A stretch of 64,000 bases of DNA from Bdellovibrionales bacterium (GTDB taxonomy: Bacteria; Bdellovibrionota; Bdellovibrionia; Bdellovibrionales; CAYMLA01). How positions within the stretch are numbered: position 1 is the first letter of the stretch; every line of letters starts with the position of its first letter. The stretch covers positions 224,001 to 288,000 of the forward strand of contig OZ244239.1 of the NCBI GenBank assembly GCA_965217115.1, read 5' to 3'. This document shows, one piece after another, positions 1-9,249 of this stretch. A program made the translations under genes and the position numbers. Under the pieces are notes generated by a model that was given only the letters and a program-made list of their open reading frames with translations, searched no databases and was not told the DNA's origin.

Positions 1-2
1 AC

Positions 3-197
3 TCTCCGAGATCCAGAAGATGCGTTTATGGCACAACCTATGGCTTTAGCGGAGATGAAGTATGGGTTGCAGATGGATGCCGAGGCACATTCAAGGTCAT
101 ACTGGCTAGCCAAGGAGGAGGGAATCGCAGAAGAAATCCAAATCCCGATCCAGGAAAGGGGAAGCCCAGGGGACCAAAAAAACCACGACGGATTTAA
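3..197 (+). CDS. 3' end of a DUF3011-like protein (partial, truncated by window start; not in ORF track)
   Basis: Frame 3 reads SPRSRRCVYGTTYGFSGDEVWVADGCRGTFKV...KKPRRI* (TAA 195-197). C-x2-G-x2-(W/Y)G-x5-VWV-x2-GCR-x2-F resembles the DUF3011 repeat. A terminator follows. Confidence 0.65.
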   Translation, partial: SPRSRRCVYGTTYGFSGDEVWVADGCRGTFKVILASQGGGNRRRNPNPDPGKGKPRGPKKPRRI

Positions 198-216
198 TAG
201 TACAAAAGAAATAATT

Positions 217-251
217 AAAATAGCCTCCCATTTGGGGGGCTATTTTTTTTT
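217..251 (+). terminator. Intrinsic terminator
   Basis: AAAATAGCCTCCCA-TTT-GGGGGGCTATTTTTTTTT: GC stem plus long T run, 20 nt after the stop at 197. Confidence 0.8.
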
Positions 252-377
252 AAGCTTCTTCTCTATAATAGTGAATAAATGGCAGAAGAACTCTCTATCC
301 CATAAATCACGGCCTTTGAGGCTGTAATTCCTTCCAGGGCAAAGTGACCTCGACCAAGGTCAGCGGTGAATAATGAC

Positions 378-405
378 TAAAGTTTTACAATGGCCTTGTC
401 GATGT
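378..405 (+). promoter_or_regulatory. Possible sigma28 (FliA)-like promoter
   Basis: TAAA-N16-GTCGATGT versus consensus TAAA-N15-GCCGATAA, upstream of ORF 443. Confidence 0.35.
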
Positions 406-442
406 ATTTTAGTAAGTTAACCAAATTCAGTGAGGTCTTCTA

Positions 443-1093
443 ATGAAACATTCTATCTTTATCTGTCTACTCCTATCCACTGTCATGTTGATGATAACAG
501 GCTGCAGCTCGTCTAGCGATGATGAAGCGGCGATCATCCTAGCCCCAGATAGTTACGAGCAGAGATTAAATAAATCCTGGACCCAAGCTTGTCAGAAAGC
601 TCCCCTTCCTGAGGGGGCTTCTCTACCTCCTTTTGTTACTCCGTCCTTCGAGGGTAGTCTTAGTTTTGATTTAGTGAATGAGAGCTACACTCTAACAAAA
701 AAGTTCTTTATTGACTCGAGTTGCGGTTTTCCAGCTCTTACAACAGTCTACACTGTAAAGCACTTGAACCTAGAAGAGGGGGAACAAATAGGGACGACCC
801 TGAAATTTCCTTTGACTGGGGCCATAGAGAGTCTGATCGCAACAGTTCATGGTTCAGCGGATCTACTAAATAACCTCGAAGAGGACACCGAATATGGCTG
901 TGGCCTTACTTGGGTTAATGGAGAGAATGACTTAACTGGCAGAACCTGTGATCTTGGTCGGGGAGACTTCGTGTTTCTGAAGGGCAAGCGTATAGGATTC
1001 GAGTCAAAATTATCAGGCAGCTCAAACTCAACTCTGACCTTTGGAAGCTGCTTTGAAGGTGGGTCTCAATATTGTCGCTATTCTGCTGAGTGA
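443..1093 (+). CDS. Hypothetical lipoprotein
   Basis: Hydrophobic N-terminus with lipobox ITG-C, then a Ser-rich linker. Several Cys. GAGG RBS upstream. Confidence 0.7.
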   Translation: MKHSIFICLLLSTVMLMITGCSSSSDDEAAIILAPDSYEQRLNKSWTQACQKAPLPEGASLPPFVTPSFEGSLSFDLVNESYTLTKKFFIDSSCGFPALTTVYTVKHLNLEEGEQIGTTLKFPLTGAIESLIATVHGSADLLNNLEEDTEYGCGLTWVNGENDLTGRTCDLGRGDFVFLKGKRIGFESKLSGSSNSTLTFGSCFEGGSQYCRYSAE

Positions 1094-1102
1094 CCCTCCA
1101 TC

Positions 1103-2194
1103 TTATCCTTCTGAAAGAAAAAACCCCAGGTCATCATTATCAGGAGTGCTCTTAAATGAAGAGTGTCTCCAACGGGGTGAATAATCCTTATCTATCAACA
1201 GGGCGCGGACGCCCTCTTGGAACTCACCTCTCTGGACAAGACGATTTACTAAGATCGTCTCTGATAGGAAAGCCTCCTCTAAGGAAAAATTCTGTGACCT
1301 CTGTAACTGCTCCCAAGCGACACAGGCTGATAGCGGTGAACTTGAGAAGAACCTCTTCTTGGCCCTCTCAAGCCATTCAGAAGAGCTTTCAGAAGAGCTT
1401 TGAGAAGAGAGCCCCTGCTGCCCTAATTGATTCAGAAAATCAGAGTAACTCCCCGCCTGACAGAGAGGTTTTAAAACCTCAAGACAGGTGAACATCTCCG
1501 AGTCCCTCTGATTGACCGCTTTTTTAAATGACCCAAGAACTTGGTCAACAACGACTTCAGGGGACGCCCATTTCCAATCTTCTTGACTCAGGAGAGTCTT
1601 CCACAGCAACTCCCTACAAGCGCTATCAACTAAGGTGTCTGCAATCCCCAGGAAAACCCCATCCGAAGCTGAGAAACATGCCCCTGTAACACCCAATAAT
1701 CGTCCGAGACCAAATGGCATTTTATTTAAAAAATAGGAAGCTCCCACATCAGGGAAAAGACCAATCAAAACCTCGGGCATGGCCATCACAGTTCTCTCTG
1801 TGACAATTCGATGGCTCGCACCTACAAATAATCCAATGCCACCTCCCATCAGAATACCATCACCCCACACGATCATAGGCTTTGTAAATTGATGGATGGC
1901 ATAATCCAAGGAGTACTCGACTTTAAAAAACTCTTCGACCTTCTCCTCTTCCCCCGCCTTTGCGTGGAGGTAGAGTTTCTTAATGTCTCCTCCAGCACAA
2001 AATGCCCTCTCTCCTGAACCATCTAAAAAGACAGCTTTTACTTCCTCCCGATTTTGCCAATCATCCAAGCAAACCTTAATTGATCGCAGCATCTCGACGT
2101 CTAAAACATTTAAGACCTCTGGACGATTTAAAGACACATGGCCTAAAATCCCATTCCCATTTAACCTATGTTCTGAAAATATAACCTTTTCCAT
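1103..2194 (-). CDS. Enoyl-CoA hydratase/isomerase family protein, 3-hydroxyisobutyryl-CoA hydrolase-like
   Basis: LNRPEVLNVL, AFCAGGDI, GILMGGGIGL, AMPEVLIGLFPDVG, EFQEGVRALLIDKD..PRW motifs. Confidence 0.9.
   Translation of the reverse strand: MEKVIFSEHRLNGNGILGHVSLNRPEVLNVLDVEMLRSIKVCLDDWQNREEVKAVFLDGSGERAFCAGGDIKKLYLHAKAGEEEKVEEFFKVEYSLDYAIHQFTKPMIVWGDGILMGGGIGLFVGASHRIVTERTVMAMPEVLIGLFPDVGASYFLNKMPFGLGRLLGVTGACFSASDGVFLGIADTLVDSACRELLWKTLLSQEDWKWASPEVVVDQVLGSFKKAVNQRDSEMFTCLEVLKPLCQAGSYSDFLNQLGQQGLSSQSSSESSSEWLERAKKRFFSSSPLSACVAWEQLQRSQNFSLEEAFLSETILVNRLVQRGEFQEGVRALLIDKDYSPRWRHSSFKSTPDNDDLGFFLSEG
1376..1409. repeat. In-frame 12-bp tandem repeat (about 3 copies of TTCAGAAGAGCT)
   Basis: Copies at 1376, 1388 and 1400. 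Encodes the SSQSSSESSSE stretch of the hydratase. Confidence 0.85.
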
Positions 2195-2225
2195 AAAAAA
2201 AGAGGGCCCGTGATATAGACCCTCT
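2195..2225 (-). terminator. Intrinsic terminator after the metalloprotease gene, abutting the next start codon
   Basis: Minus strand AGAGGGUCU-AUAUCAC-GGGCCCUCU-UUUUUU-AUG. Confidence 0.6.
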
Positions 2226-2251
2226 CTGCCCCCCTAACAAGATTAAAAAGA

Positions 2252-4960
2252 TTAATCTTGTTTTTCTTTAATCTCTAATTCTTTCCACTCAAGAACCCAT
2301 TTACGTAGGTCTCTTGACAATGACTTAAGGTCTTCGGTTGGAGATGGAAAAACCGAGGTCATGTGTACCTGCTTTTTTTCATTGAACTCCTGCCGTTGTT
2401 CCCAACCCCAATCGATCGACTCACCTCTTCGAGTCATAAGAAGGGACATTGATTTCTTACGAGTTTCAAAGTCATACACATACTCTGGAACTACTGTGCT
2501 TTTTGTGAATTTAGAGCTGTCATTTTCAAGAATATCATTCTCAAGAACGTCATCCCCAAAAATGTTCTCTTCGAAGCCGTGTACAAGCTCTGAAGCATTG
2601 ACTCCCCGTTTTTGTTCCAGCTCTTCTCCAAGACCATTTGCCCCATGAGTTTCGCCCTTCTGAGACAAACTATAGCTTAGGACTCTATCCAACATCGTAT
2701 CAGCCACATCGTTACTGAGCCCATGGTCCATGAATTTAATGGGAACCACTTTAGCCCTTCCTGAGAAAACAATCCTGTCCTGTCTTCCCATTAATATCAA
2801 ATCTTGCCTAACGATTTCTCTCTGAAAAATTTCAAAATATTTCTTTATAAGATCAAGTGTCTCCTGCTTTCTTCCAGAAATCTCAAGAAGCTGATTAAGC
2901 ATTATTCCTGTCTTATTAGAAACGAGAAGCTCTTTAAACTTCTTGAAAAGTGTTTCACTTAGATGAGGATCAATCGGTTTAAGAACCTTTGACACTCCCC
3001 CTGCAGCCGCAAAATCACCTTCTATCAAAGCCAATTCCTGTTGATGGATTTTTTCATCATAAAGCTCTGAAGGAAAGTAGAAATTCCTTCGCACTGAAGC
3101 AAAGCCTGCATGGGTTGTTAGGGAATCTAAGGCCAACTTCTGCGAACCCACAATAGTGTATGCATAACGAAGCGGACTTAAAAGCAATGGCAATGCCTCT
3201 AGGGGATACCCCTGCAGCAACAAAATCATAGTATACTCAATAGCTCTTTGTGGAAACTTCTCTAGAGTCTCTTTAGCTTTAAAGACAGCTGCCTCTGCTG
3301 GATTTTTTCCATCAACATCAAATCTCTTACAATCTATATAGGTGACCGGACCCCAGTCTCCAGCGTGACTATCCGTACAAAAGGTCGGTACGTCCGCTGG
3401 GTTGTAATCTTTTCCGAAGTAGAGATGCTTTATTGCTTTCTCGTCATGGGACATAACGCGACCCGCCTTCATCATATCCCCTGTCATAGCTCCTTCAACG
3501 AAAGAAATATAGTCCATAACAGAGCTCGTTGCCGTGACACCTTCTGGAGTTTTACCCTCTGTAAAATAGCGTTTAAATATATCTCCTCTCTCGGAGAGTT
3601 TGTAGCTAACCCCGTGGGAACCTGCAAAGTTATGACGTAAACCTAAGGTATGCCCTACTTCATGGGCAGTCACTTCACGCACAAAATCTTGAGCCGCTTT
3701 TAAGAAGGCTGCATCTTCTTCTCCAGAAGCTAATAAATCAGTGAGTGACTCACGGAAACCGTCTGTCCCCTTGTAGAGACAATTCTGATTTGTCTTAAAA
3801 CCTTTTAGTCCAAACTTCCAGTGAAGATTTTTATTCCCATCCTTCTCATCAGCAAAAGAAGCTAAAAATTCTTGTGCCTCTAGTTTACTGGAAACAGCAA
3901 AAGCACTGGTGACATAAACTTGAGCGTGCAGAACCTCACCTGTGCGTGGATCGGCTTGTGCATCTGCATAGGCAAACCCAGCATCATCCCAATCAACCCA
4001 CTGAATTATATTGTAGTTCATACTCGGTGCAGTCTCTGTCTCAGGGGCTTCGACAACTTGAATCAGCTCTTCACCTAAGGCGTTATTCCAGTAAAGAACC
4101 CCCCCCGCCACGGCTTCTTTGAAGTCATTGGGTGTGTTTGCTGAAACAGCGAATGTTATTTTTTTCTTCTCATTAAAGCGCATGGAATAGATTTTAGGAC
4201 GTCCTTCGCTAATGGTCGGAGCCACTTCGAAATAACCAAAAACCTTCTTAGGTTCACCCTCACGAGGGGCGAAGTCAGGAGAAGGACGATAGGGAGTCAG
4301 GTAGTATTTCACAGAGAGAGTCGTGGCATCGATGGAACCTTCATTCTGATCGATCACTCGTACTTGGGCTATCTGTGTTATCTCTAATTGTTCACCACTG
4401 AGATTAATCTTATCTAAATAACTAATTCCAGTTTCTACAGCGTTGTACTCTGGCTTGTAGGCAGAATTACCGAGGTCTGATGCGAAAAATTCTCCGGCAA
4501 CAAATATCTTTGACATTCCTTTATTAAAATCAAGAGTGATGTATCCACCCTTCTCTTCAAGAATATCAAACTCAGCTAATAGTAAGGCCTGTGGCAATTC
4601 ATCGGTTATTATGTGGCCAATGGAAGATTCCAATAAATAAACTTTACCAGATTTCTTCTTAAAAAAGACAACTCGAGATTTAATGGCACTGCCTAAAGGG
4701 ATAACTGGTTGGGAGATTATTTGCCCTTGCAATAAAAACTCTCTCTTCAAGGCCGAGCTATGAATGGACAACTGCTCTCTATCAACTTTTATTAATTTTG
4801 ATTTGCCCGCTAAGGCATCTGCCACTTTAAAAGATTTATGCATGTTTCCATCAGCTGGTTGGGGAGTGGAGATCTCCTTGGAACACCCTGCTGTAAAAAT
4901 AATCACAGAAATCACTGCTGCTAAAAACGAGAACCCATTGGTCAAAGAATTTTTTTTCAC
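2252..4960 (-). CDS. Zinc-dependent metalloprotease lipoprotein (metzincin, DUF5117/DUF4953 EcxA-like)
   Basis: HEVGHTLGLRHNF zinc motif, SSVMDY Met-turn, ADPRTGEVL motif, lipobox TAG-C. Start moved to GTG 4960 behind a GAGGGGG RBS (ORF track starts at 5002). Confidence 0.85.
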   Translation of the reverse strand: MKKNSLTNGFSFLAAVISVIIFTAGCSKEISTPQPADGNMHKSFKVADALAGKSKLIKVDREQLSIHSSALKREFLLQGQIISQPVIPLGSAIKSRVVFFKKKSGKVYLLESSIGHIITDELPQALLLAEFDILEEKGGYITLDFNKGMSKIFVAGEFFASDLGNSAYKPEYNAVETGISYLDKINLSGEQLEITQIAQVRVIDQNEGSIDATTLSVKYYLTPYRPSPDFAPREGEPKKVFGYFEVAPTISEGRPKIYSMRFNEKKKITFAVSANTPNDFKEAVAGGVLYWNNALGEELIQVVEAPETETAPSMNYNIIQWVDWDDAGFAYADAQADPRTGEVLHAQVYVTSAFAVSSKLEAQEFLASFADEKDGNKNLHWKFGLKGFKTNQNCLYKGTDGFRESLTDLLASGEEDAAFLKAAQDFVREVTAHEVGHTLGLRHNFAGSHGVSYKLSERGDIFKRYFTEGKTPEGVTATSSVMDYISFVEGAMTGDMMKAGRVMSHDEKAIKHLYFGKDYNPADVPTFCTDSHAGDWGPVTYIDCKRFDVDGKNPAEAAVFKAKETLEKFPQRAIEYTMILLLQGYPLEALPLLLSPLRYAYTIVGSQKLALDSLTTHAGFASVRRNFYFPSELYDEKIHQQELALIEGDFAAAGGVSKVLKPIDPHLSETLFKKFKELLVSNKTGIMLNQLLEISGRKQETLDLIKKYFEIFQREIVRQDLILMGRQDRIVFSGRAKVVPIKFMDHGLSNDVADTMLDRVLSYSLSQKGETHGANGLGEELEQKRGVNASELVHGFEENIFGDDVLENDILENDSSKFTKSTVVPEYVYDFETRKKSMSLLMTRRGESIDWGWEQRQEFNEKKQVHMTSVFPSPTEDLKSLSRDLRKWVLEWKELEIKEKQD
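2520..2564. repeat. In-frame 15-bp degenerate tandem repeat (3 copies)
   Basis: TCATTTTCAAGAATA / TCATTCTCAAGAACG / TCATCCCCAAAAATG. Encodes IFGDDVLENDILEND. Confidence 0.7.
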
Positions 4961-5230
4961 TGAAATACCCCCCTCAGGTGTACTTAATAGAATTGGGCGC
5001 AAGTTATTCTGAACCTAGACTTTCGGCAAGGTCCCATTTTGAAACCACCCCCTTCTAAAAATTACACTGGGATGCTTTGAGGTATTTAATGAATAATATC
5101 GGTAGCTTACACTTTCATAAGGGTGACGCGCTGCAGACATAATTTTTCCTTCTATGTAAATAATGTAGGATTCTCACCCCCGCTTTTTAAGGGGCTTGGC
5201 GGGAAACTCTATATGGAGAGCTTCTTTTAA

Positions 5231-5456
5231 AAATTTCGGTTCTTTATGATAAATAATAGTGGAACCAGTTTTTTCTGATGAGCTGTTTTTTTTCTAGAGT
5301 CTCTCCCAAAAGAATCCAGCCCTTTTCTTGCTCAAACATCCGTTTGTCACCTTCCATTGCAGGGAAATGCAATGGAAGTCGCCAAGCCAAACTCGCCGAA
5401 AAGAACTGGATTCTTTTGGGAACAGTTCCACTATTTATGACAAAGAACCAAAATTT
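5231..5456 (-). ncRNA. Candidate structured RNA (long rod with branched tip), family unknown
   Basis: 5231-5265 pairs with 5425-5456. 5304-5327 pairs with 5398-5421 (16 bp perfect). Inner hairpins at 5333-5346 and 5351-5378. Most mismatches are G-U on the minus strand. Confidence 0.55.
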
Positions 5457-5457
5457 C

Positions 5458-6363
5458 TTATAAATAGCCGAGTCTAAGAAAAGTTAACAGAGCGTAGCTT
5501 GTTTCCTCTTCTTTAAAGAGTTGAAATGAATCGCGGGGATTCTTGGCATTTCTTTTCTGTTCCACAATAAAAATAAAACGAACCTTATCTGTGGCGTTAT
5601 AATCAAAGCCCACAGCAAGACCAGCATTCTCACGATAAAAGAAATCTTTCTTATCTGATTTAGAGCTCAAATAAGTCTCATAGTAGTGCTTTAAAGATGT
5701 TTGAATCGAGAAATCTTTGGTCACGCGATGGGTGAATTCAAGATAGTGCTCCAAGCTCAACTCTTTATTTTGTCTAATTGTGCTCCAGCCACTGGGATAA
5801 ACTCGGGTGTAAGTCTTCTCCCTATTTAAGTAATACTTTGGTTTCATATGATAAGAAAAATCTGACAACACCGATACAGGTTTACTCAAAGTCACCCAGC
5901 TTCCCAAAGTTCCTGCCCGGCTCTTTTCTTGACTACCCTCACTGGTTGGAAAATAAAATCGCGCCTGTGCCGATAGACCCACATTGCCAGGCAATAGGGC
6001 CAGATCATAATTAGAGAAACTAATAGAAGCATCAGCAAGTTTCACGTCTTGCTTAAGAAAACGACCACGGCGATCGTGCCCTTCAGTCTCATAAATAAAT
6101 GCTGGCCTAAAAGAGATCTTCCTGTCAGAGGACATCTTGTAATTTAGACTTATATAATTATAGGTGAAAACTGACCCCGGTAGAGGCTGACTTGCTTCTT
6201 CCGCGTCAATAGAGGCGATACTAAAACCACTGAGGCTCCAGGGGCTCCATTTACCTGCCTTATAAGTGCTCTTTGGGGCATTCTTTTCATTAAATGCAGC
6301 ATAGGATGAAAAACAGTAAAAAATAATAAAAGAACCCATTAAAATTCTGATGCTTATCCCCAT
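5458..6363 (-). CDS. Hypothetical exported protein, probable outer-membrane beta-barrel
   Basis: Signal peptide ending SSYA. Alternating aromatic/hydrophobic strands (YNYISLNYK, LSAQARFYFP, GLAVGFDYN). Aromatic C-terminus LRLGYL. Confidence 0.6.
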   Translation of the reverse strand: MGISIRILMGSFIIFYCFSSYAAFNEKNAPKSTYKAGKWSPWSLSGFSIASIDAEEASQPLPGSVFTYNYISLNYKMSSDRKISFRPAFIYETEGHDRRGRFLKQDVKLADASISFSNYDLALLPGNVGLSAQARFYFPTSEGSQEKSRAGTLGSWVTLSKPVSVLSDFSYHMKPKYYLNREKTYTRVYPSGWSTIRQNKELSLEHYLEFTHRVTKDFSIQTSLKHYYETYLSSKSDKKDFFYRENAGLAVGFDYNATDKVRFIFIVEQKRNAKNPRDSFQLFKEEETSYALLTFLRLGYL

Positions 6364-6552
6364 AAGACCCTCCCCTCAGATGACTTATATCAAAAATCTT
6401 GATTTCTTCTCCCACACCTTCATTCAAATCACAAGAGCATCCCTAAAAAAAAGCAAATTTTCTTTGCATCACAGATTTAAACACATTTAAATGGTTAGAA
6501 TAAGAGATGTTTAAACTCGAACCGACCTAAAACCTTGGAGTGTACCTGCGTT

Positions 6553-7725
6553 ATGATGATTTTAAGAAAACCTCTCTGGATACTTCCCCTCTTTCTATTG
6601 GCTTCTTTAACGGGCTGTGTGACCTCTCATTTTCAATCTGAAGGTCAGCAGAGAATCAGCATTATGTCCTACAATGTCGAAAATCTTTTTGACACTCTCG
6701 ACGACCCTGGAAAAAACGATGAAACCTATCTGCCCATTGGGAAAAAGAAGGACCCTAAAATTCAAGAAAAATGTAACAAAATCACTTTTGCCCGCTATCG
6801 AAAGCAATGTCTCAATCTCAACTGGTCAAAGAGCACACTCAATAAAAAAATGCAGCGCTTAGCCGATGTTATCTTACAAGTGAACAACGGTTATGGTCCT
6901 GATATACTTGTCTTGCAAGAAGTGGAGAACAAACGAGTTCTTGAACTTCTGCGAAAGAGGTACTTAAAGAAAGCCCAGTATAAAGAGGCTATCTTGATCG
7001 AAGGTCCTGATAAGAGAGGAATCGATGTGGGGATTTTCTCTCGCCTTATACCGTCAAAAATTCCCCGTCTTCATCATGTTAAATGGAAAAAAGGCAGTGC
7101 TCGCAATGGAGAAGATCCAAAACCATCAAGGGGAATTCTTGAGGCTAATTTCATATTGCCAGATAATACACCTCTCAATATTTATGGTGTCCACTTCCCC
7201 TCACAGTACAACCCCTACTCTGTTCGCAAACAAGCCATCGCAAAACTCAATGCTCTTGCCAAATCTAAACCGGCACATCATGTTACCATCGCCGCTGGGG
7301 ACTTTAACGTCAGCAGTGAGGAAAACAAAGCTAAACAGGTCTATTCCAAAACTCTCTCCCCCCAGTGGCTTATCTCACATTACTTAGGTTGTAAGAAATG
7401 TTCTGGAACCTACTATTATCGTAAAAATAACACATGGTCTTTCTTTGATTTAATCCTCTTTTCTAAAAACCTCTCACCAAACACAACCTCTTCAAATCAG
7501 AGTTCTATCTTGCCCTCCAGCTGGAGAGTTGATGTGTCCTCAATTCGTACACCTAAAGATAGTTTGTTTCAGGTCAGTCGTTTTTTAACTCCTGCCTATT
7601 TTAAAGAGGGCCGTGCTCCCCGTGGAGTCTCAGATCATTGGCCCATTTATGTTGAAATTTTATTGCGCAATCCCAATACGATTATTAGTAAGCCTGTGAA
7701 TCCACCCGTAGGAACCACTCATTAA
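6553..7725 (+). CDS. Endonuclease/exonuclease/phosphatase (EEP) family lipoprotein, probable exported nuclease
   Basis: SYNVENLFD, LQEVEN, RGIDV, HFPS, GDFN, FD, SDHWP catalytic motifs. Lipobox LTG-C. Start taken at ATG 6553 (ORF track 6535). Confidence 0.9.
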   Translation: MMILRKPLWILPLFLLASLTGCVTSHFQSEGQQRISIMSYNVENLFDTLDDPGKNDETYLPIGKKKDPKIQEKCNKITFARYRKQCLNLNWSKSTLNKKMQRLADVILQVNNGYGPDILVLQEVENKRVLELLRKRYLKKAQYKEAILIEGPDKRGIDVGIFSRLIPSKIPRLHHVKWKKGSARNGEDPKPSRGILEANFILPDNTPLNIYGVHFPSQYNPYSVRKQAIAKLNALAKSKPAHHVTIAAGDFNVSSEENKAKQVYSKTLSPQWLISHYLGCKKCSGTYYYRKNNTWSFFDLILFSKNLSPNTTSSNQSSILPSSWRVDVSSIRTPKDSLFQVSRFLTPAYFKEGRAPRGVSDHWPIYVEILLRNPNTIISKPVNPPVGTTH

Positions 7726-7747
7726 CAACAACGATCAGGAGCTCCAT

Positions 7748-8659
7748 ATGAGATCAAATTTTAAAAGAGAACAACCACGGGGGAGCAATGGCATTGAGTC
7801 TTCCCCTCTCCTGTCCTTGCTTCTCTTTGTTGTTGTTTTAGCCTCTTGTACGATCACAAGTGCCGCTCGAATAAAAAAGATTAAAGGTAAAAAAATTCTT
7901 ATCTCCCTCCAACGCGGCGAGAGAGTGAAAAAAAAGAGTATCTACGTTATCATTGGTAAAAATAATAAACGTATTGGTTATCTAAGGATAAAAAAAACAT
8001 CCCCACTCAGGGCGTGGGGTTATCTCATCAAGGGGCGCGCTAGAAAAGGGGCCTCGATTTATCGAAGGTCAGACCGAAAATCACACCGAAAATCACGAAG
8101 ACAGAGAGAGGTGAGGAGAAATCACGCCCTAGGGATGCTCGTTGGTGCTAATCTCTCTTCTCTAGAAGTGACAAAGACTTTCAACAGCGATGAATCTGTA
8201 ACTGTAGAGACCACTGGTACTAATATTAATTACAAAATGTTCTACGATTACTCGCTAAAAAAAAGAGGCCCGTGGGTTCTTCGTATGGGCTTAGCCTATG
8301 AGCCATTCATAACTAAAGGCACAGCTTCTCTGGCTATTTGTCAAAATTCCAGGTCTTGCAAAACTAATATCTCTTATCTGCGAACTGATACCCTGCTCTA
8401 TTATAGATGGGCCCATTCCTACTCTCCTTGGTTAGGGATTGGTGCAAGCCTTCTCTTACCGCTATCAAAGGAAAGCAATATGGTCAGAGAAGACGATATC
8501 AACTCTAGTCAAGGCATCACCGTTGCATTTGGGTTAAATAAGAAAATTTCGAGCCGTGCTTTTATTCCATTCAATGTTGAATACAATTATTTATTGTCAT
8601 CCTCTCAGGTCTCCCCATCCCTCATAGGGTTCCAAATTGGCTATGGATTTTTATTTTAA
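7748..8659 (+). CDS. Hypothetical protein: basic N-terminal beta domain plus C-terminal outer-membrane beta-barrel
   Basis: Hydrophobic segment LLSLLLFVVVLA, K/R-rich region, amphipathic strands, C-terminal beta-signal FQIGYGFLF. True start uncertain. Confidence 0.6.
   Translation: MRSNFKREQPRGSNGIESSPLLSLLLFVVVLASCTITSAARIKKIKGKKILISLQRGERVKKKSIYVIIGKNNKRIGYLRIKKTSPLRAWGYLIKGRARKGASIYRRSDRKSHRKSRRQREVRRNHALGMLVGANLSSLEVTKTFNSDESVTVETTGTNINYKMFYDYSLKKRGPWVLRMGLAYEPFITKGTASLAICQNSRSCKTNISYLRTDTLLYYRWAHSYSPWLGIGASLLLPLSKESNMVREDDINSSQGITVAFGLNKKISSRAFIPFNVEYNYLLSSSQVSPSLIGFQIGYGFLF
8073..8096. repeat. Exact in-frame 12-bp duplication (ACCGAAAATCAC x2)
   Basis: Copies at 8073 and 8085. Encodes RKSHRKSR. 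Confidence 0.85.
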
Positions 8660-8811
8660 TGTGAAATATTTCATCAGTCTGTAGGAATAAAATTCCAATG
8701 CCATCAAGTTGCTTGCAATAGCCGCTGTGGTTCCCTATAAAATCACTTGGTAAAATATGATCTAATAATTTAAACCTATCTCTTAAGGTTTTAAATATAG
8801 GAGCTTTTCTC

Positions 8812-9243
8812 TTGCAACCTACCTACAGTGAAACAACTCAAGATATCGAAATCAAGATCAGCCCTTTTTTCATCCCCGAGCAATCCAATGAAGAGGATAT
8901 GTACCACCTTTACGGTTACGATGTAAAAATTACCAATCACAGCCCCCATTCATGTCAACTTATTGGTCGTGAATGGGTTATACGAGATGGCAATAAAGAC
9001 ACGGAATACCTCCAAGGAGAGGGCGTGCTTGGGCAAAAGCCCACCATCGGCCCTGGAAAAATACATCAGTACACAAGTTTTTGCCCTCTACAGACACCCA
9101 CAGGAAATATGCGAGGACGTTACGAGTTTATTGATCATAAAGAAGAGTCTTTCTGGGTGAATGTTCCCGTGTTTTTCTTTAGACCACCATCATCCTTCTC
9201 TCTGCAGCCCATGGAAAAACCGCCATACAACCAATCCCTTTAA
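8812..9243 (+). CDS. apaG: ApaG protein
   Basis: Y-x-V-x-ITN, QLIGREWVIRDG, GEGVLGQKPTI, YTSFCPLQTPTGNMRGRY. GGAG RBS before the TTG start. Confidence 0.92.
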   Translation: MQPTYSETTQDIEIKISPFFIPEQSNEEDMYHLYGYDVKITNHSPHSCQLIGREWVIRDGNKDTEYLQGEGVLGQKPTIGPGKIHQYTSFCPLQTPTGNMRGRYEFIDHKEESFWVNVPVFFFRPPSSFSLQPMEKPPYNQSL

Positions 9244-9249
9244 GACTGT

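Noticed and set aside
28..327. ORF-track 99-aa ORF
   Set aside because: Overlaps the better DUF3011-like frame and crosses a clear terminator at 217-251.
5275..5401. Hammerhead ribozyme suggested by CTGATGAG at 5275
   Set aside because: No stem II closed by GAAA at the right position, and the G-U evidence favours the opposite strand.
5278..5463. 61-aa ORF
   Set aside because: No RBS or recognisable motifs, and it coincides with the inverted-repeat element.
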